DNA of 28,209 nt, taken from the IMG/VR virus record IMGVR_UViG_3300038673_000236, positions 1-28,209 of that record. One strand, written 5' to 3'. Positions 18,626-26,508 of this stretch are shown here, piece by piece; position 1 is the first letter of the stretch; every line of letters begins with the position of its first letter. The position numbers and the translations under genes are program-made. A model generated the notes under the pieces. That model was not told the origin of the DNA. It worked only from the letters and a program-made list of their open reading frames with translations, and made no database searches. Origin of the DNA: a virus (taxonomy: Duplodnaviria > Caudoviricetes).

Positions 18626-19246
18626 TTAATATGCGGCTTCCAGCTCTAAGCGGAGCCGACGCATAGCAATTTCATCATCATTTACTGGCGGAATCTCGGA
18701 CGCCTTAACTGCATCAAGCGAGCGCATGGCACAGTCGGTTTCAGTGTATGCAGGGTAGGTGACAGGCGACACGTCGAAAACCCTTTCAATTTTCGATATC
18801 GTTCTGGTCCAGTTTCCGCTCCCATCAGGATCTCGATCCCACCTCTGGCCTCCATCGGCGACCACAAAGCTGTAAGACATCTCCTTAATGTCTCCTCTGC
18901 GCATGGAAACCTCTATGTCCCTCGCAAAAGACGTGTCGGGTAGGTCTATTTCTATGGCCAGACCAGATTCGTCCTCTTTCATGCGCAACGTCCCGGCTGA
19001 TTTCCTGCCGATAACGATATTCGAGTCGTGGTTAAAAAGAGCCCTGGTGTCGAAGCTGTCAATCGCCTCTGCGAACGCTCCGGGGAGGATTATTTCCCTA
19101 AAGCATCCTCCGAGCAGTTCTGACGGCGAGTTGAAAACGGCGGCATGCCCCCTGATACATGGGGCTTTTTCATTTTCGTCCTTCGCCCTTATCTCTACAG
19201 GAATTGACCTGCGCTCAAGGTTTGGAATTATCGGCTTAATTTTCAT
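18626..19246 (-). CDS. HK97-family prohead protease
   Basis: GHAAVFN, ALFNHD, MSYSF and DVSPVTYPAY motifs. Confidence 0.96.
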   Translation of the reverse strand: MKIKPIIPNLERRSIPVEIRAKDENEKAPCIRGHAAVFNSPSELLGGCFREIILPGAFAEAIDSFDTRALFNHDSNIVIGRKSAGTLRMKEDESGLAIEIDLPDTSFARDIEVSMRRGDIKEMSYSFVVADGGQRWDRDPDGSGNWTRTISKIERVFDVSPVTYPAYTETDCAMRSLDAVKASEIPPVNDDEIAMRRLRLELEAAY

Positions 19247-20556
19247 GCGTTCGACTCCTTTTTTACAGCCGGCTTCATCCCGGCAATGCTCGCCGGCATC
19301 ATGCCGCTTTGCAGGTACAGCTTTTTGCCCTCTTCGGTACCGGTCGGATTCTCACCCTCATACAGTCGAACATCATCAGGCGTCATGCTGGCCATCTCGA
19401 ACCGGCTCTTGAGATAGGATGCCCTTGCGGACACGTCACCGCGCATCAGGCTATCCATATCCATATCGACCTCGTACCTGCCAATCTCAGACTGAAAAAG
19501 AAGGTCACGGTTGAGGGCGCTTTCCCATCGAGTGACGTTTGGAGACATCGTGTTTACTCGAAACAGAGTCATGAACTGCTCGGCGCTTGCAAACGTAGGC
19601 GCCTTATCTCCTGCAGCACCGAGCATAAGCGGCACTTTGAAAATCCTGAAAATATCCTCGACCTGAAATTTTCTGGTCTCCAGGAACTGGGACTCTTCTG
19701 ATGTCATCCCGATCCTAGAAACGTCCATTCCTTCTTCGAGGATGATCGTCTTGTGGGCATTCGAAGATCCTGCGAATTCCCCTCCGGCGTTCAAAGCCTC
19801 CTTGAGGTTGGCATGAGCTGCCGGGCTGAATCGCTTCGGATGCCTGAAAACAGTGCTCAATTGGGCACCGTTCGAGAAAAGTTTCCCTCCATGCTCCTCG
19901 GCGGCCATAGAGAGGCCGATAGCCTGATACGCTGCCCACCTGACTGGACTGATCCCGACTATTCCATTTATCGTGTACCCCTTGACGTGCACGACCTCTG
20001 AAGCGCTCAGATATTCAGTCTTCCCGTCGGAACTGGTGTGCTGATACCAAAGTTTTGCCCCGGCCGGAGGTGGGGGAGATGTGTCATTAAGGTACAGCGC
20101 CGTCCCGTCTGCGGTGACAACGAACGGCCAGACGGTATCTGGGTGAAGCGGAACAATCTCATTGAGCATCGTTCCGGGGTGGTACAGGATTTTTCCGTAG
20201 GCGTTCCCGCGCAAAAGCCTGTGGCCTTCCATCATTTCGAAAAACTCGAAAGATGATTGCCATCGGTTCGGCCTTGAGTTAATCAATCGATAGCACCGGT
20301 GACCGCTTGCTATGTCCTTTCCGCCATCGCTCCTGATTGACTTGATGTGCTTCGGAAACATGGCCAAAGTTTCGGAAAGGATCGAAACGCAACAGTAGAC
20401 AGCCGATGTCCGGAGCGCAGTGTCAGGCGTTACATGCTGCCCGGATGCGCTCGCCCTTGCCCCACCGAACAGTTCAATGGTTGCCGGGTCTTTCAACGAC
20501 CACGATCCGGAAACCCTTGATCTCCTTTCTATGGCAGAAGTCAGGAATCCCATCAC
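19243..20556 (-). CDS. HK97-family portal protein
   Basis: SAVYCCV, LLRGNAY, GISP and QFLETRKFQVEDI motifs. Confidence 0.97.
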   Translation of the reverse strand: MMGFLTSAIERRSRVSGSWSLKDPATIELFGGARASASGQHVTPDTALRTSAVYCCVSILSETLAMFPKHIKSIRSDGGKDIASGHRCYRLINSRPNRWQSSFEFFEMMEGHRLLRGNAYGKILYHPGTMLNEIVPLHPDTVWPFVVTADGTALYLNDTSPPPPAGAKLWYQHTSSDGKTEYLSASEVVHVKGYTINGIVGISPVRWAAYQAIGLSMAAEEHGGKLFSNGAQLSTVFRHPKRFSPAAHANLKEALNAGGEFAGSSNAHKTIILEEGMDVSRIGMTSEESQFLETRKFQVEDIFRIFKVPLMLGAAGDKAPTFASAEQFMTLFRVNTMSPNVTRWESALNRDLLFQSEIGRYEVDMDMDSLMRGDVSARASYLKSRFEMASMTPDDVRLYEGENPTGTEEGKKLYLQSGMMPASIAGMKPAVKKESNA

Positions 20557-20780
20557 TGACCGTCGCTCTTGCTCGCCTTTCTAGGCGTTGCCAAAAAAAC
20601 ACCACCGAAAAGCATGATTGACCCGACAACGAGGCAACACCAACCGGTTCCAAACAACAAAAAAAGACCGTACCCAATTAGGGCAAGGCCAATCAGAGCG
20701 ATGATATCGAGAACGTAGCTCACATCTTCAGCGCTATTCGCAAAAAAAATAGGGTTAAAACCAAATCTATTCGGTTCCAA
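20553..20780 (-). CDS. Small membrane protein upstream of portal (start may be GTG 20723)
   Basis: Two hydrophobic segments; stop overlaps the portal start. Confidence 0.6.
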   Translation of the reverse strand: MEPNRFGFNPIFFANSAEDVSYVLDIIALIGLALIGYGLFLLFGTGWCCLVVGSIMLFGGVFLATPRKASKSDGQ

Positions 20781-20869
20781 CCCTACGCGAATATGCGAAA
20801 CTGCTCAACACTGACCGACTATATAGTCTCCTGTGTCAATATAGTCTTTTTTTTACGAATATCAGGTCA

Positions 20870-21070
20870 TTAAACTATGATCCTCGCCTTTATCGTCGGC
20901 TCTATGGTGCTCTCTATCACCCTGATGCACCTCTTGTTCAATCGAACTCCTTGAAGTGGTACTTCAGGGTTCGATAGCATGCGAATTATGGTTTTCTCTG
21001 ACACGGAAAACCGTTTTGCCACGATAGATACCTCTATAAGCCTCTCCGCTTTTTCCATTTTTCTCCTCAA
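20870..21070 (-). CDS. Small excisionase/MerR-like helix-turn-helix protein
   Basis: V..VAKRFSVSEKTI.R...G.R.....IRV pattern; coupled to the terL stop. Confidence 0.75.
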   Translation of the reverse strand: MRRKMEKAERLIEVSIVAKRFSVSEKTIIRMLSNPEVPLQGVRLNKRCIRVIESTIEPTIKARIIV

Positions 21071-22740
21071 ACGAACAAAGGTCCTCTTGTTTCGTAAATT
21101 GATCGCCCATTCCTGGCCTCCGGATTCATGGCCATCAAAGCAACAGCCATGAACGTGGCAATGAGCGGGTCAATTTTCCCTGTTCCGCTCGCCTGCTTGG
21201 TGATCAGCACGGCGTTACCCTTCTGTTCGCATCTTGCATTCCCCACACACCAGTTCATTATCGGTTGCCCACCGTGCAACAGGTGGCCTTCGGCTACCCG
21301 GCGCTCAGTGGCCTTTATCGCTCCGTTGAGCCTCCACCCTTGGGAGATACCCACAACCCTTTCATGCTCAATTCCTGCTTCAACAATGGCGTCAACGATG
21401 TCACCTATGCCGGCAGGGTCAACAGCTATCCTGTCAAGAAGTCCGGAATCCTCGCATTGCTTTATGATGTCGCAAAACTGCTCGATATCTTCGCCAATAT
21501 TCTTGACGATTACCAAGTCGCCGGCCCGTTCAAAATCCCTGTATTTCGATTCTTCGCTCTTTCTGCGCTCAAGTGCTATCGGATGACACCACGCCTTGAC
21601 CCACAAGCGCCAGATGCGCGGATCCTCTGCGTCTCTCCCGAGCAGGGCTAGACCAAGAAGGTCGTCAAGTCCTCCACCGTCTCCTCCAGCCGTGATGACA
21701 TCAGATTTCTCGATGATTTCATCGAGCGTGACGCCTTTGCTCTGCTGCTCCCAAAAATCGGCGCCAGGCCACCGGTCGGAACGGAGATTCAGTCCAATTT
21801 CAACATTGAGATGCTTGGCAAGAAACTGTTGAAACGATCCATCGGTCTTTGTTTGGTTTTCGATCAACTTGTCTTGCAACCACTCAGCGTCAACCGATCT
21901 CCCTATGTTCGGGTTGGTGATGTAGAAATTTTCAGGAAGCAAGTATCCCTGATCTTCAACCATCTTTCCAGGGAACTCGTACAGTATGCCAAGGGCCTTT
22001 GGGTTTGAAATTATTCCGTCGCGTACATTGCGGAAATAGTCGAGTTTGTCCTTGAACACCCCGGCAGGAGGCTCGTCGCTTTGAGTTGTAAGGTAGATGA
22101 CCCAACCTTCAGGCCTGCTGATCTGGCCGCCAAGCGCCTCCATGAACATGGAAACAGCGTTTGCCTTCTTGCCGAATAGCCAATGCTCGTCAACGAGAAC
22201 ACGGCCAGACTTCTTCCCAGATACGGTATCGGTATCGGCGGCGACAACCTTGAGCGAGGCTTTCGTGTTGCGATGGGTGATTGTGCGAATGTGATCCTGG
22301 ACATGAAAAAGATCGGAAAGCTCTTCGTCTGCACGGACCATCCCTGCCGCAGGTTTGAAAGAGTTGTCGGCTACTTCCTTGGTCGGGGCAAGGATAAGGT
22401 GTTCCTCGTCTTCCCTCCAACAGATGATCACCGCGGTCAACATGATTCCGGCCGCTATGGTCGACTTGGTATTTTTCTTTGAAATGAGTAGGTAGAATTC
22501 CCTTATGAGTTGCCGGCCGGTCTCTTCGTCGTATGCCCCGAATATTGCTGACACGAAATCGAACACCCACTGTTCGGAACATTCTCCGAATGTTGGCTTC
22601 CCTGGGAGGTCGACTACCCTGAGCTGCTTGAAGATGTTCAGCGCGTACTCTGCCGTTTCCGGGAAGATCGGTGGAGGAATGATCGATTGACGGTTTGTCA
22701 GGCGTTGTTCCCAGTCAGGGCAGGCTGTCGACCAGTTCAT
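21067..22740 (-). CDS. terL: Terminase large subunit
   Basis: ISKKNTKST (variant Walker A), VLVDE (Walker B), DGGGLDDL and GKIDP nuclease motifs. Confidence 0.96.
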   Translation of the reverse strand: MNWSTACPDWEQRLTNRQSIIPPPIFPETAEYALNIFKQLRVVDLPGKPTFGECSEQWVFDFVSAIFGAYDEETGRQLIREFYLLISKKNTKSTIAAGIMLTAVIICWREDEEHLILAPTKEVADNSFKPAAGMVRADEELSDLFHVQDHIRTITHRNTKASLKVVAADTDTVSGKKSGRVLVDEHWLFGKKANAVSMFMEALGGQISRPEGWVIYLTTQSDEPPAGVFKDKLDYFRNVRDGIISNPKALGILYEFPGKMVEDQGYLLPENFYITNPNIGRSVDAEWLQDKLIENQTKTDGSFQQFLAKHLNVEIGLNLRSDRWPGADFWEQQSKGVTLDEIIEKSDVITAGGDGGGLDDLLGLALLGRDAEDPRIWRLWVKAWCHPIALERRKSEESKYRDFERAGDLVIVKNIGEDIEQFCDIIKQCEDSGLLDRIAVDPAGIGDIVDAIVEAGIEHERVVGISQGWRLNGAIKATERRVAEGHLLHGGQPIMNWCVGNARCEQKGNAVLITKQASGTGKIDPLIATFMAVALMAMNPEARNGRSIYETRGPLFV

Positions 22741-23099
22741 TTATTGATATTCACAACCTTTGGCCCGCTCATAGCGCCGAACCTTCCTTTTCCAGCCTCT
22801 TTTGCTGCTGCTTCCCTTTCCTGCTTCTTTCCGCCTTTTTCTCCAGCCTTGGGATGGCAAAAAGGAGCTGCAAGAGCTGCCATTCTATCACGGCGATCCT
22901 TCGGCTGTGTTTCGTCACGCATGACACTGAGCATGTATTCGAGCGGGGAGATATCTGAAGATGAAACAGCGCTCAAGACCTCCTGTTTTATCTCTTCATT
23001 GGTTGTCGGTTGAGTGTATTTTACCTTGTCCTCTGGAAACCATTTTGGTTGCTTCCCCTTCGGGCGGCCAGATCCTGGTCTATACCCACCTCTTGGCAT
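22737..23099 (-). CDS. terS: Terminase small subunit
   Basis: MPRGGYRPGSGRP N-terminus, PLEYMLSVMRD; coupled to terL. Confidence 0.85.
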   Translation of the reverse strand: MPRGGYRPGSGRPKGKQPKWFPEDKVKYTQPTTNEEIKQEVLSAVSSSDISPLEYMLSVMRDETQPKDRRDRMAALAAPFCHPKAGEKGGKKQEREAAAKEAGKGRFGAMSGPKVVNINK

Positions 23100-23112
23100 T
23101 TGATTGCACCTC

Positions 23113-23256
23113 TTTTTGATTATTTTTGATTATTCAAATCAATCATAACGTGCCATTTTGCAAGGTTGTTTATCAAAAACAGAGAAATAATCTGCGCGTG
23201 AGGGGCGCGGCGGTCTCCGGGTGCTCAAAGTTGCAGAGATTGACACCGCCCCCCCT
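23113..23256 (-). other. Putative cos packaging region
   Basis: Between HNH and terS; minus strand G-run ... GACCGCCGCGCCCC (23215-23202) resembles HK97-type 3' cos; tandem TTTTTGATTA at 23113-23132. Confidence 0.55.
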
Positions 23257-23276
23257 TCCTGACTGTGGCCTGGCGG

Positions 23277-23594
23277 TCAGGAAGGATTGCACCTTTCAAG
23301 TCGCTCCAGATCGCTCTTTGACCGGTGACACGCCTTGCATAACGATTGCAGATTGTCCTCTGCATCCGATCCACCACGGTGCAACGGCTCGATATGGTCG
23401 ACCTCTACAGCACGCACCACAAGCCCCAGCTTGGCACAGTTCTGGCACAGATACCCGTCGCGCTCCAACACTCTCGCCCTCTTGCGCATCCATGGCCGGC
23501 CACGATCCCGATTGACCACCGGCACAGCTCCAGCCCTTGCCGTATCGATCGTCCTTACCCTTGTTGTCTTGATGCACTTTATCTTTTTTGCCAT
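23277..23594 (-). CDS. Terminase-associated HNH endonuclease (HK97 gp74-like)
   Basis: W...R..VL.RD..LC..C, EVDHI.PL..GG, NLQSLC..CH..K. Confidence 0.95.
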   Translation of the reverse strand: MAKKIKCIKTTRVRTIDTARAGAVPVVNRDRGRPWMRKRARVLERDGYLCQNCAKLGLVVRAVEVDHIEPLHRGGSDAEDNLQSLCKACHRSKSDLERLERCNPS

Positions 23595-23614
23595 GTTGCA
23601 CAGATTTCTCTTTG

Positions 23615-23646
23615 AGATAACACGACTTTTGAATATCGTGTTATCT
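23615..23646. repeat. 11-bp perfect inverted repeat (operator or + strand terminator)
   Basis: AGATAACACGA-N10-TCGTGTTATCT followed by a T run. Confidence 0.6.
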
Positions 23647-23651
23647 TTTTG

Positions 23652-23966
23652 TCATAACTCTACTTTAGCGATCAAAACGATCCCGTCACAATCGCCGCTG
23701 CACTTAAACCTTGAGCCACACATTGAGCATTTCTCGGGCCACCAGCGACGCCAAAGCCAGTAACTCAGCCAGTCCCTTGCGCGGTTGTGTCGCGTGTCGC
23801 CAATCATGTCGCCATAGCTCACGCACTCGCCACAGTGCATGCACGTTGCGTAGTCTGGCGGCGCGCTATCCTGCGGGTGTTGCTCGCACCCGAACCACCA
23901 GCACCGCAGCCGCATGCCCGCTAACTTTACGGTCAAGGCGACTGCCAAAAGCTGCGCTTTTGTCAT
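23652..23966 (-). CDS. Cys-rich hypothetical protein (cassette 1)
   Basis: CWWFGC, CMHC and CSMC; GGAGG RBS and ATG both lie inside the attC. Confidence 0.7.
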   Translation of the reverse strand: MTKAQLLAVALTVKLAGMRLRCWWFGCEQHPQDSAPPDYATCMHCGECVSYGDMIGDTRHNRARDWLSYWLWRRWWPEKCSMCGSRFKCSGDCDGIVLIAKVEL

Positions 23967-23987
23967 CCCCTTACCTCCACGTTAGCC
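23919..23987 (+). repeat. attC site 1
   Basis: R'' CGCTAAC, 5-nt spacer, L'' GGT(C)AAGG, inner stem CAAAAGC/GCTTTTG, L' CCTTACC, 5-nt spacer, R' GTTAGCC. Confidence 0.88.
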
Positions 23988-24326
23988 TTCCATCGCCAGC
24001 TTGATAGCCCGGCGCACTCTTTCAAAATCGCCACGCGAAAACAGCACCCCGCCGTAATCATCGTCCCGACAGTCCATCTCCGCATCCAGCCAGCGCAATG
24101 CCTCCAACATTTCAGGGGCGGAGGCAATCAACTTGGCGTTGGCTTCCATGATCGGCACTCGGCCTTGCACACCACGAGCAGAAATCGCGCATACCGGGTT
24201 GCCGCTGCAATCCTCTACGATTAACCGGCCTTTCTTGTCTGGCGCGATTCCGGCAGTCACAGACCACGGGCCGGAACTATGCACCGGGTAATCTTTCCCG
24301 CTGTAGGCTGTCTTGTTGTCGTTCAT
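23982..24326 (-). CDS. Phage early-region hypothetical protein (cassette 2)
   Basis: HSSGPW...EANAKLIASAPEMLEAL motif common in phage accessory genes; TAA lies in the R' core. Confidence 0.8.
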   Translation of the reverse strand: MNDNKTAYSGKDYPVHSSGPWSVTAGIAPDKKGRLIVEDCSGNPVCAISARGVQGRVPIMEANAKLIASAPEMLEALRWLDAEMDCRDDDYGGVLFSRGDFERVRRAIKLAMEG

Positions 24327-24583
24327 ATCGTCTCCCTTATTTCCTCAATGAGTGTTTCCAGGTCCGAGCATTCTTGCTCAAGTGCTTTATGCAGTGCTTT
24401 ATTCTTGTGTGCACCTTGCATTTCCGAATATAACCTCCCGAGCAACGACGCTTCCAGGTACAGCAACGTCCGTCTTAGTAGTTCGCCGCGCAACAAATTT
24501 TCAGCAACCTGCTTCTCTTGGTGATTTTTCATCAGGCAAGAACCGCAAATAATATTCTCGCTGTGGTTACAGGAGGTTATCAT
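24323..24583 (-). CDS. Hypothetical protein (cassette 2)
   Basis: Coupled to both neighbours (TAATG and ATGA overlaps). Confidence 0.7.
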   Translation of the reverse strand: MITSCNHSENIICGSCLMKNHQEKQVAENLLRGELLRRTLLYLEASLLGRLYSEMQGAHKNKALHKALEQECSDLETLIEEIRETI

Positions 24584-25017
24584 TACAGAAGCCCCTCCTT
24601 ATCAAGTCCGTCTTGCACAAAGTTCAAAATCGCCTCTTCCGCTTTCTTGTCACGGTCAATGTAAAACCGGTACAGCAATTCCTCTGCCTTCAAAGCTCGT
24701 TGGTACATATCTTCTGCGTGAGCCTTTGCGTGTGCCGCCGAACGATCCGGATCAATGAATTTGCCCAACGGTTTCCACTCCATCGGCATTTTTGAAAACG
24801 GGTTCCAGGCGTGCGGCTTCCATTGCATGGTTCCGCCGCACCGCGAACACATCACGCAGGGGTCAATCGCAACTTTGCCGTCATCGTCAACAATGGCAAT
24901 CTGATATACCCACCGGTAATTATCCGCCTTCGTCCTGATTACAATCTCGTCGCCTTTGTACTTCGCCAACGGAAAACGAGCATCATCTATACTTATCCAT
25001 CCGTTTTGGTCAGACAT
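24583..25017 (-). CDS. Hypothetical protein with DUF551-like WISI N-terminus (cassette 2)
   Basis: NGWISIDD start and CxxC; begins 20 nt from the attC. Confidence 0.7.
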   Translation of the reverse strand: MSDQNGWISIDDARFPLAKYKGDEIVIRTKADNYRWVYQIAIVDDDGKVAIDPCVMCSRCGGTMQWKPHAWNPFSKMPMEWKPLGKFIDPDRSAAHAKAHAEDMYQRALKAEELLYRFYIDRDKKAEEAILNFVQDGLDKEGLL

Positions 25018-25036
25018 AAACCATCCAATAAACCAC

Positions 25037-25096
25037 GGCTAACCAGCGGGTCAAGCGGACGCGAAACAGCCGCGCCGCTTACCCTTGGCGTTAGTT
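25037..25096 (+). repeat. attC site 2
   Basis: R'' GGCTAAC, L'' GGT(C)AAGC, GG(A)CGCG/CGCGCC, L' GCTTACC, R' GTTAGTT; extrahelical G and T on the bottom strand. Confidence 0.92.
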
Positions 25097-25321
25097 TTTC
25101 AGATAGCCTTTGTATCCCAAGTCCCCTTTCATTTGGGCATCCAATAAATGCAGAACATCACTACCAATCAGCCCAAATTCATAAGCACGGCCCAAGTGAG
25201 CATCACACCAGGACAAGAAAACTTTCCGAAAAAGAAAGATAACTACCTTGTCCACCACCCTGCTTTTTCTCGAATCTTTCACAATCCGAACAGATTTTTC
25301 AACATCATATGCCATGATCAA
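25091..25321 (-). CDS. Hypothetical protein (cassette 3)
   Basis: AGGAG RBS; TAA in the R' core; fills the cassette. Confidence 0.75.
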   Translation of the reverse strand: MIMAYDVEKSVRIVKDSRKSRVVDKVVIFLFRKVFLSWCDAHLGRAYEFGLIGSDVLHLLDAQMKGDLGYKGYLKN

Positions 25322-25338
25322 ATCTCCTATAAAACCAA

Positions 25339-25426
25339 AACTAACAATCCAATAAACCCGACAAGAAATCGCCTGGTTCTCAACTCTGGTTGCCCGCTGG
25401 CTTGCGGGTTATTTCTGCCGTTAGGC
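25339..25426 (+). repeat. attC site 3
   Basis: R'' AACTAAC, L'' AAT(A)AACC, CG(A)CAAG/CTTGCG, L' GGTTATT, R' GTTAGGC. Confidence 0.88.
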
Positions 25427-25651
25427 GCTTACCCACTCAGCGTTGCCCACCGGCTCCATTTCTTCCCACTTTGCGCGGTAGTAAGCCTGCCCTCCCGGCT
25501 TGCCGTCTTCGCCAAGTGCCTGCACATACCCTTGCGCACCGAATGCTTTAGGCTCGGTCACAACCATGATGCAGGCCGCAAACATTGGGTTAGCCACCGT
25601 CTCGGGGTTAAGTTGCACAAGTTGCCCCTCTTTAAGTTCTTGCTGTTTCAT
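25421..25651 (-). CDS. Small SH3/KOW-like hypothetical protein (cassette 4)
   Basis: AAGGAG RBS; LKEGQLVQL start; TAA in the R' core. Confidence 0.8.
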   Translation of the reverse strand: MKQQELKEGQLVQLNPETVANPMFAACIMVVTEPKAFGAQGYVQALGEDGKPGGQAYYRAKWEEMEPVGNAEWVSA

Positions 25652-25676
25652 GGTCTTTCTCCTTTGGTTGTTCCGT

Positions 25677-25739
25677 GCCTAACATTTGCGTCAACGCGGA
25701 CGCTCCGCAAGCGTCGCGCCGGTTACGCCAGCGTTATTC
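25677..25739 (+). repeat. attC site 4
   Basis: R'' GCCTAAC, L'' CGT(C)AAC, CGG(A)CGC/GCGCCG, L' GGTTACG, R' GTTATTC. Confidence 0.88.
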
Positions 25740-25740
25740 C

Positions 25741-25968
25741 TCACCGGCAATTGCTATTTACGTAATCTCTCCAAGCGTAGAGCACTCTTTTGGCCAAATC
25801 TTGATCGGTAAATCCAATCGCCTCTTCCCTCGGGTAAGACCCTTCGCCAGCTCGATCAGATTCGTCAAGACACCATTCCCTTTGCCCATCTGTCATTGGA
25901 GAAATATATCGCCCCTCCGAATATGCTCTCAAAACTCGCTCGTTGTGGCCACATAGGCAATCGGCCAT
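25741..25968 (-). CDS. Hypothetical protein
   Basis: Co-oriented 75-aa ORF ending next to the last R' site. Confidence 0.65.
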   Translation of the reverse strand: MADCLCGHNERVLRAYSEGRYISPMTDGQREWCLDESDRAGEGSYPREEAIGFTDQDLAKRVLYAWRDYVNSNCR

Positions 25969-26091
25969 GTATCAAATCGTGCGCCAAACGCTCTGTATTC
26001 GATTTTTTATTCAAAACGTCCCGACCTACGTGCATGGTCTTAAAAATAGAACCAGCGGCGCGACAGGTGGCTAGAATGAGTTGTTTTGGAT

Positions 26092-26508
26092 TCATTGCGC
26101 TGTGGCCGTGTTGAAGTTTTCATTCATTGACCGGAAAAACGATCCTCCGCTCCGCTTGATCTCCTCTCCTTTGCGCTCGTATTGGGCCGCTTTTCGCTCC
26201 ATAAGCATCTGCACTCCTCCTTTCTGTACCACTCCCCACACTACCCGCCCATCTCCGTCTATGCGGTCCGGGTAAAAACCTCGTCCTCGAAGATCGCTCA
26301 GAATACGGGCTACCTCTGCTCGCATCTCCATGGTCCAGCTCTTGACTGCTTTTTCAAACTCCTCTGGCCCCTTTGTCCGAATAGTGGCAGAGAGAAACCG
26401 CTTCAGCATCTCCATTTCCTCGAAGCTGCATAGGTCGCACGGTTGCAGGTCAACCGAAAACATCGGCGGCAAATTCATCGTTGCTCGTTCACTGTGATGG
26501 TGCTGCAT
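26092..26508 (-). CDS. Hypothetical protein downstream of the replication initiator
   Basis: Co-oriented and overlaps the rep 3' end; start uncertain. Confidence 0.6.
   Translation of the reverse strand: MQHHHSERATMNLPPMFSVDLQPCDLCSFEEMEMLKRFLSATIRTKGPEEFEKAVKSWTMEMRAEVARILSDLRGRGFYPDRIDGDGRVVWGVVQKGGVQMLMERKAAQYERKGEEIKRSGGSFFRSMNENFNTATAQ

Larger units (their letters stand above)
23665..25739 (+). mobile_element. Integron-like gene cassette array: 4 attC sites, 4 cassettes, no intI in window (CALIN-like)
   Basis: Four attC hairpins; each R'' is complementary to the preceding R'; cassettes 23665-23981, 23982-25090, 25091-25420, 25421-25733. Confidence 0.88.

Noticed and set aside
25421-25651. 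DfrB-type dihydrofolate reductase cassette
   Set aside because: Similar size and SH3-like start, but the VQIY active-site motif is absent
23919-25739. CRISPR array or REP/terminator repeats
   Set aside because: The repeats are not identical, the spacers are whole genes, and there are no U tails; attC architecture fits better
24811-25956. + strand ORFs (24811-25242, 25148-25765, 25675-25956) as forward cassette genes
   Set aside because: They cross attC boundaries and are antisense to ORFs that have stops at cassette ends and, in several cases, clear RBSs
26046-26117. Possible fifth, degenerate attC (ATAGAAC-CAGCG...)
   Set aside because: L boxes pair poorly, and R'' does not match the preceding GTTATTC core
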